In this document: positions 57,611 through 64,000 of the stretch, piece by piece
How positions within the stretch are numbered: the stretch's first letter is position 1
Layout of the letters: the number at the start of each line of letters is the position of its first letter
Source of the DNA: Chrysomallon squamiferum
Taxonomy: Eukaryota > Animalia > Mollusca
NCBI GenBank assembly: GCA_012295275.1
Contig: CM022673.1
Span: forward strand, 7,626,001-7,690,000
Direction: 5' to 3'
DNA length: 64,000 nucleotides
Notes under the pieces: generated by a model
What the model saw: the letters and a program-made list of their open reading frames with translations, nothing else
Told to the model about the DNA's origin: nothing
Databases searched by the model: none
Made by a program: the position numbers and the translations under genes

Positions 57611-57900
57611 AAAAAACACTGTTAAAAATCATTAAACTTCAAATACTTTTCAAGCAATATATAGAATTTTATCTATGCTAGAATTTGGTTTGTATCCATA
57701 TAAAAAATATAAATCCTGTTCTTGCAATAACTTAAGTTTGTATATTTATTTAAATTTTATACTGCTGAATAAAATAAAGCATCTACAACGAGATATTTGA
57801 AAATGAAATTAATGATTAAATATATCTGTACAAAAACCCATTTTATTAAATATAAATATTGCAATAAAGCATCTACAACTATTTGAAAATATTAATGGTA

Positions 57901-57975
57901 TATCTGCTGTCAGAAAGGTGAATATCATCATGACATTTAAGAAGGGGATCGTGATTGTTTCATCATTGCAGACAT
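57901..57975 (-). ncRNA. B-type box C/D snoRNA, copy B1 (altered guide AATCACGATCCCCTT)
   Basis: TCTGC stem, C ATGATGA (57960-57966), D' CTTA, perfect C' ATGATGA (57925-57931), D CTGA (57910-57913), GCAGA stem. Confidence 0.75.
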
Positions 57976-58951
57976 CAAAATTGTTAATTTATGATCAACA
58001 ATGTTTTTACAGACTAATAATTTTTTTTTAAAAAGGATGGCAGATAAATGAATGAAGATTCAGTAACACCAATGGAAAGAAAGATTTTTGCTATAGGTTG
58101 TTTAAGACTGAAAGCATGCCAATGAAGAAGCTAAACCCTCCAAACTAAATCCTGCATCCAAAGCAAAAAATGTGTGATGTTGCTTGAAACTACATTCCAT
58201 TTACACTTAGATACAAAAATAATAAAAGACTACTGTGATACATTTTTATCATTACAGACAGGAATTGAAATAATATCAATTTATTAGCATGCACATGCTA
58301 AAAAATTAATTGTTGTTCTGAAGTACATGCCCTGAAATAATATCAAAGAAAAGAATTTACAAATGTTCTCAATGCTAGTTTCATCATACAAGTATCACAA
58401 GTAGTTATTTAACTATAAAAGGCTTCTACAATACTTCACAACGCACAGATGGATATTATAGGGAAATCTGTTTAATTTGCTTGTTAATATGTTCTTGGCA
58501 ATATGATCCATATTTAGTATAATCCTATCTTTAATAATTTATTTTCCTGTAATTTACTAATCTAATAAAATTGTTCATGTGTGCTGGAGTTAATTCAGAT
58601 TTTGATATATTCTATAGTAGTATTAGCTGTCAAATGTATTCAGAAAAGCAAATTACTAAATCTACATCCTGAAGAGCCATGCCTTGTTAGAGCAGTCATA
58701 AACCAAATGTAGAACAACTAACAAACTGAGGATGACAGATATTCCTACTTCTTTACCAATAGATGAAATGTTTAGTAATTAGTACTTCTGAACTACTTTA
58801 TCTTCTTTAAATATATTTTATATATTAAATTGTTTGGCCTGATCTAATTAGTGCTATCATGTAGTAAAATATTATTACATTTAAATTTCAAATAGGTTAC
58901 AACCCAAGTAATCTATTAATCATTGAATTATGAAAATTAACATTTATATAC

Positions 58952-59045
58952 CAGTGCAACATCTGCAATCAGAAATTACAATTTTGTCATCAACATGTTA
59001 TGAAGACCATCGTGATAATGTATCATCATTACAGAAAAAACACTG
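58952..59045 (-). ncRNA. SNORD35: U35/SNORD35-like snoRNA, copy A5
   Basis: C 59023-59029, intact guide, D 58969-58972, stems TCTGTA/TGCAGA and CAGTG/CACTG. Confidence 0.78.
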
Positions 59046-59403
59046 TTAAACTTCAAATACTTTCAAGCAATATACAGAAGTAAATAGCTATCTATGCTAG
59101 AATTTGGTTTGTATCCATATAAAATGATGTTTGTATCAAGAATTACCCCATACACATGCCCCCCAAAAATCCTGTTCTGCTGATTAACCAAGTAACTTAA
59201 GTTTGTATATTTATTTAAATTTTATACACCTGAATAAAATAAATCAACTGGACACAATTTCTTTCCGAGATGGAAATTTTATAAATGGTCTGAAAATAAT
59301 TTGATTAAATATAATTTCTAACTGTTGTGTGTACAAAAACCCATTTTATTAAATATAAATATTGCAATAAAGCATCTACAACTATTTGAAAATATTAATG
59401 GTA

Positions 59404-59478
59404 TATCTGCTTTCAGAAACGTGAATATCATCATGACATTTAAGAAGGGGATCGTGATCGTTTCATCATTGCAGACAT
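59404..59478 (-). ncRNA. B-type box C/D snoRNA, copy B2
   Basis: C 59463-59469, D 59413-59416, guide GATCACGATCCCCTT. Confidence 0.75.
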
Positions 59479-60466
59479 CAAAATTGTTAATTTATGATCA
59501 ACAAGCCTCTTATTAAATTTACTATGTTCTTACAGAATAATAATTTTTTTTAAAAGGATGGCAGATAAATGAAGGAAGATTCAGTAATACCAATGGAAAG
59601 ACAGATTTTTGCTATAGGTTGTTTAAGACTGAAAGCATGCCAATGAAGAAGCTAAACCCCTCCAAACTAAATCCTGCATTCAAAGCAAAAAATGTGTGAT
59701 GTTGCTTGAAACTACATTCCATTTACACTTACATAGATACAAAAATAAAAAGACTACTGTGATAAATTTTTATCATTACAGACAGGAATTGTAATAGTAT
59801 CAATTTATTAGCATGCACATGCTAAAAAATTAATTGTTCTAAAGTACACGCCCTGAAATAATATCAAAGAAAAGAATTTACAAATATTCAGAATGCTAGT
59901 TTCATCATACAAGTGTCACAAGTGGTTATTTAACTATAAAAGGCTTCTACAATGGCTCGCAACACACAGATGGATATTAAAGGGAAATCTGTTTAATTTG
60001 CTTGTTAATATGATCCATATTTACTATAATCCTATCTTTAATAATTTATTTTCCTGTAATTTACTAATCTAATAAAATTGTTCATGTGTGCTGGAGTTAA
60101 TACAGATTTTGATATATTCTATAGTAGTATTAGCTGTCAAATGCATTCAGAAAAGCAGATTACTAAATCTACATCCTGAAGAGCCATGCCTTGTTAGAGC
60201 AGTTATAAACCAAATGTAGAACAACTAATAAACTGAGGATGACGGATATTCCTATTTCTTTACCAATAGATGAAATGTTTAGTAATTAGTACTTCTGAAC
60301 TACTTTATATTCTTTAAATATATTTTATATATTAAATTGTTTGGCCCGATCTAATTAGTGCTATCATGTAGTAAAATATTATTACATTTAAATTTCAAAT
60401 AGGTTACAGCCCAAGTAAACTATTAATCTATTAAATATTGAATTATGAAAATTAACATTTATATAC

Positions 60467-60560
60467 CAGTGCAACATCTGCAATCAGAAATTACAATTTT
60501 GTCATCAACATGTTATGAAGACCATCGTGATAATGTATCATCATTACAGAAAAAACACTG
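60467..60560 (-). ncRNA. SNORD35: U35/SNORD35-like snoRNA, copy A6
   Basis: C 60538-60544, intact guide, D 60484-60487. Confidence 0.78.
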
Positions 60561-60874
60561 TTAGAACTTCAAATACTTTCAAGCAATATACAGAAGTAAA
60601 TAGCTATCTATGCTAGAATTTGGTTTGTATCCATATAAAATGATGTTTGTAACAAGAATTACCCCATACACATGCCCCCCCAAAATCCTATTCTTCTAAT
60701 TAAGCAAGTAACTTAAGTTTGTATATTTATTTAAATTTTATACGCTGAATAAAATAACGCAGCTGGACACAATTTCTTTCCGAGATGGAAATTTTATAAA
60801 TTGTCTGGAAATAATTTGATTAAATATAAATATTGCAATAAAGCATCTACAACTATTTGAAAATATTAATGGTA

Positions 60875-60949
60875 TATCTGCTTTCAGAAATGTAAATATC
60901 ATCATGACATTTAAGAAGGGGATCGTGATTGTTTCATCATTGCAGACAT
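60875..60949 (-). ncRNA. B-type box C/D snoRNA, copy B3
   Basis: C 60934-60940, D 60884-60887, guide AATCACGATCCCCTT. Confidence 0.75.
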
Positions 60950-61939
60950 CAAAATTGTTAATTTATGATCAACAAGCCTCTTATTAAATTTACTATGTTT
61001 TTACCGAATAATAATTTAAAATAAAAGGATGGCAGATAAATGAAGGAAGATTCAGTAATACCAATGGAAAGACAGATTTTTGCTATAGGTTGTTTAAGAC
61101 TGAAAGCATGCCAATGAAGAAGCTAAACCCTCCAAACTAAATTCTGCATCCAAAGCAAAAAAATGTGTGATGTTGCTTGAAACTACATTCCATTTACGCT
61201 TAGATACAAAAATAATAAAAGACTATTGTGATAAATTTTTATCATTACAGACAGGAATTGAAATAATATCAATTTATTAGCATGCACATGCTAAAAAATT
61301 AATTGTTGTTCTGAAGTACATGCCTTGAAATAATATCAAAGAAAAGAATTTACAAATATTCAGAATGCTAGTTTCATCATACAAGTGTCACAAGTGGTTA
61401 TTTAACTGTAAAGTGCTTCTACAATGGCTCACAACACACAGATGGATATTATAGGGAAATCAGTTTAATTTGCTTGTTAATATGTTCTTGGCAATATGAT
61501 CCATATTTACTATAATCCTATCTTTAATAATTTATTTTCCTGTAATTTACTAATCTAATAAAATTGTTCATGTGTGCTGGAGTTAATACAGATTTTGATA
61601 TATTCTATAGTAGTATTAGCTGTCAAATGCATTCAGAAAAGCAAATTACTAAATCTACATCCTGAAGAGCCATGCCTTGTTAGAGCAGTCATAAACCAAA
61701 TGTAGAACTCATAAACTGAGGATGACGGATATTCCTATTTCTTTACCAATAGATGAAATGTTTAGTAATTAGTACTTCTGAAATACTTTATCTTCTTTAA
61801 ATATATATGTTAAATTTTTTGGCCTGATCTAATTAGTGCTATCATGTAGTAAAATATTATTACATTTAAATTTCAAATAGGTTACAAGTAATCTATTAAT
61901 CTATTAAATATTGAATTATGAAAATTAACATTTATGTAC

Positions 61940-62033
61940 CAGTGCAACATCTGCAATCAGAAATTACAATTTTGTCATCAACATGTTATGAAGACCATCG
62001 TGATAATGTATTATCATTACAGAAAAAACACTG
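61940..62033 (-). ncRNA. SNORD35: U35/SNORD35-like snoRNA, copy A7 (C box mutated to ATGATAA)
   Basis: C variant 62011-62017, intact guide, D 61957-61960. Confidence 0.65.
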
Positions 62034-62389
62034 TTAGAACTTCAGATACTTTCAAGCAATATACAGAAGTAAATAGCTATCTATGCTAGAATTTGGTTTG
62101 TATCCATATAAAATGATGTTTGTATCAAGAAGTACCCCATACACATGCCCCCCAAAAAAAACCTATTCTTCTAATTAAGCAACTTAAGTTTGTATATTTA
62201 TTTAAATTTTATACGCTGAATAAAATAAATCAACTGGACACAATTTCTTTCCGAGATGGAAATTTTATAAATGGTCTGAAAATAATTTGATTAAATATAA
62301 TTTCTAACTGTTGTGTGTACAAAAACCCATTTTATTAAATATAAATATTGCAATAAATCATCTACAACTATTTGAAAATATTAATGGTA

Positions 62390-62464
62390 TATCTGCTTTC
62401 AGAAATGTAAATATCATCATGACATTTAAGAAGGGGATCGTGATTGTTTCATCATTGCAGACAT
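62390..62464 (-). ncRNA. B-type box C/D snoRNA, copy B4
   Basis: C 62449-62455, D 62399-62402. Confidence 0.75.
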
Positions 62465-63435
62465 CAAAATTGTTAATTTATGATCAACAAGCCTCTTATT
62501 AAATTTACAATGTTTTTACAGAATAATAATTTTTTTTTAAAAAGGATGGCAGATAAATGAAAGAAGATTCAGTAATACCAATGGAAAGACAGATCTTTGC
62601 TATAGGTTGTTAAAGACTGATAGCATGCCAATGAAGAAGCTAAACCTTCCAAACTAAATCCTGCATCCAAAGCAAAAAATTAGGACATGTTCCTGTGTGA
62701 TGTTGCTTAAAACTACATTCCATTTACACTTATATAGATACAAAAATAAAAAAAGACTATTGTGATAAACTGAAATAATATCAATATATAAGCATGCACA
62801 TGCTAAAAAATTAATTGTTGTTCTAAAGTACATGCCCTGAAATAATATCAAAGAAAAGGATTTACTAATATTCAGAATGCTAGTTTCATCATACAAGCAA
62901 TTATTTAACTATAAAGGGCTTCTACAATGGCTCGCAACACAGATAGATATTACAGGGAAATCAGTTTAAGTTGCTTATTAATATGTTCTTGGCAATATGA
63001 TCCATATTTACTATAATCCTATCTTTAATAATTTATTTTCCTTTAATTTATTAATCTAATAAAATTGTTCATGTGTGCTGGAGTTAATACAGATTTTGAT
63101 ATATTCTATAGTAGTATTAGCTGTCAAATGCATTCAGAAAAGCAAATTACTAAATCTACATCCTGAAGAGCCATGCCTTGTTAGAGCAGTTATAAACCAA
63201 ATGTAGAACAACTAACTGAGGATGACGGATATTCCTATTTCTTTACCAATAGATGAAATGTTTAGTAATTAGTACTTCTGAAAAACTTTATCTTCTTTAA
63301 ATATATTTTATATATTAAATTGTTTGGCCTGATCTAATTAGTGCTATCATGTAGTAAAACATTATTACATTTAAATTTCAAATAGGTTACAAGTAATCTA
63401 TTAATCTATTAAATATTGAATTATGAATTTTATGA

Positions 63436-63504
63436 ATCTGCAACCATCAACATGAATTATGAAGACCATCGTGATAATGTATCATCATTACAGAAAAAAC
63501 ACTG
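63436..63504 (-). pseudogene. U35-like snoRNA copy A8 lacking the D box
   Basis: C box (63482-63488) and guide are intact, but the segment carrying the D box is deleted (plus strand ATCTGCAA-CCATCAAC). Confidence 0.65.
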
Positions 63505-63866
63505 TTAGAACTTCAGATACTTTCAAGCAATATACAGAAGTAAATAGCTATCTATGCTAGAATTTGGTTTGTATCCATATAAAATGATGTTTGTGTCAAG
63601 AAGTACCCCATACACATGCCCCCCCCCAAAAAAACCTATTCTTCTAATTAAGCAAGTAACTTAAGTTTGTATATTTATTTAAATTTTATACGCTGAATAA
63701 AATAAATCAACTGGACACAATTTCTTTCCGAGATGGAAATTTTATAAATGGTCTGAAAATAATTTGATTAAATATAATTTCTAACTGTTGTGTGTACAAA
63801 AACCCATTTTATTAAATATAAATATTGCAATAAAGCATCTACAACTATTTGAAAATATTAATGGTA

Positions 63867-63941
63867 TATCTGCTTTCAGAAACGTGAATATCATCATGAC
63901 ATTTAAGAAGGGGATCGTGATTGTTTCATCATTGCAGACAT
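63867..63941 (-). ncRNA. B-type box C/D snoRNA, copy B5
   Basis: C 63926-63932, D 63876-63879. Confidence 0.75.
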
Positions 63942-64000
63942 CAAAATTGTTAATTTATGATCAACAAGCCTCTTATTAAATTTACAATGTTTTTACAGAA

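Larger units (their letters stand above)
57239..64000. repeat. About 1.5-kb tandem repeat, at least 4.5 units, continuing past the window end
   Basis: Marker GTTCATGTGTGCTGGAGTT recurs at about 57239, 58573, 60080, 61566 and 63066. B-type D boxes are spaced 1503, 1471, 1515 and 1477 nt apart. The first unit is shorter because of deletions. Confidence 0.97.

Noticed and set aside
59413-59430. D-side element UUCACGUUU of B2/B5 pairing with 28S GAACGUGAG
   Set aside because: Only 8-9 bp with G-U ends and not conserved in B1, B3 or B4, so too weak to call a guide.
59325-63979. Repeated 63-aa ORF MCVQKPILLN... (59325, 62311, 63788)
   Set aside because: TTG start, antisense to the B-type snoRNA, broken in the other units, and no recognisable protein motif. 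It is a by-product of the tandem repeat.

Overview
Very AT-rich animal genomic DNA (intron-rich, with microsatellites and poly-A/T runs; probably an invertebrate, possibly a mollusc, which is inference). It holds three protein-coding genes. (1) A HIPK (homeodomain-interacting protein kinase) gene on the minus strand, with 14 coding exons traced from 16580 to the left edge. (2) A divergently transcribed MAP3K19/YSK4-like kinase on the plus strand (23 coding exons, 33293-51352, about 2,437 aa). It has N-terminal ankyrin repeats, a 4.26-kb exon, two single-base frameshifts that look like collapsed heterozygous SNPs, and a 31-bp minisatellite downstream of the stop. (3) The last exon of 40S ribosomal protein S11 (minus strand, 55581-55704). 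The most unusual feature is the RPS11 last intron (over 8.3 kb, running off the window). It contains at least 14 recognisable box C/D snoRNA-like units related to U35/SNORD35, most of them carried in a ~1.5-kb tandem repeat. Each repeat unit holds one copy with the canonical 28S guide (UCACGAUGGUCU) and one copy with intact boxes but a rewritten guide (UCACGAUCCCCU), plus eroded relics. It looks like a snoRNA birth-and-death array with guide diversification.
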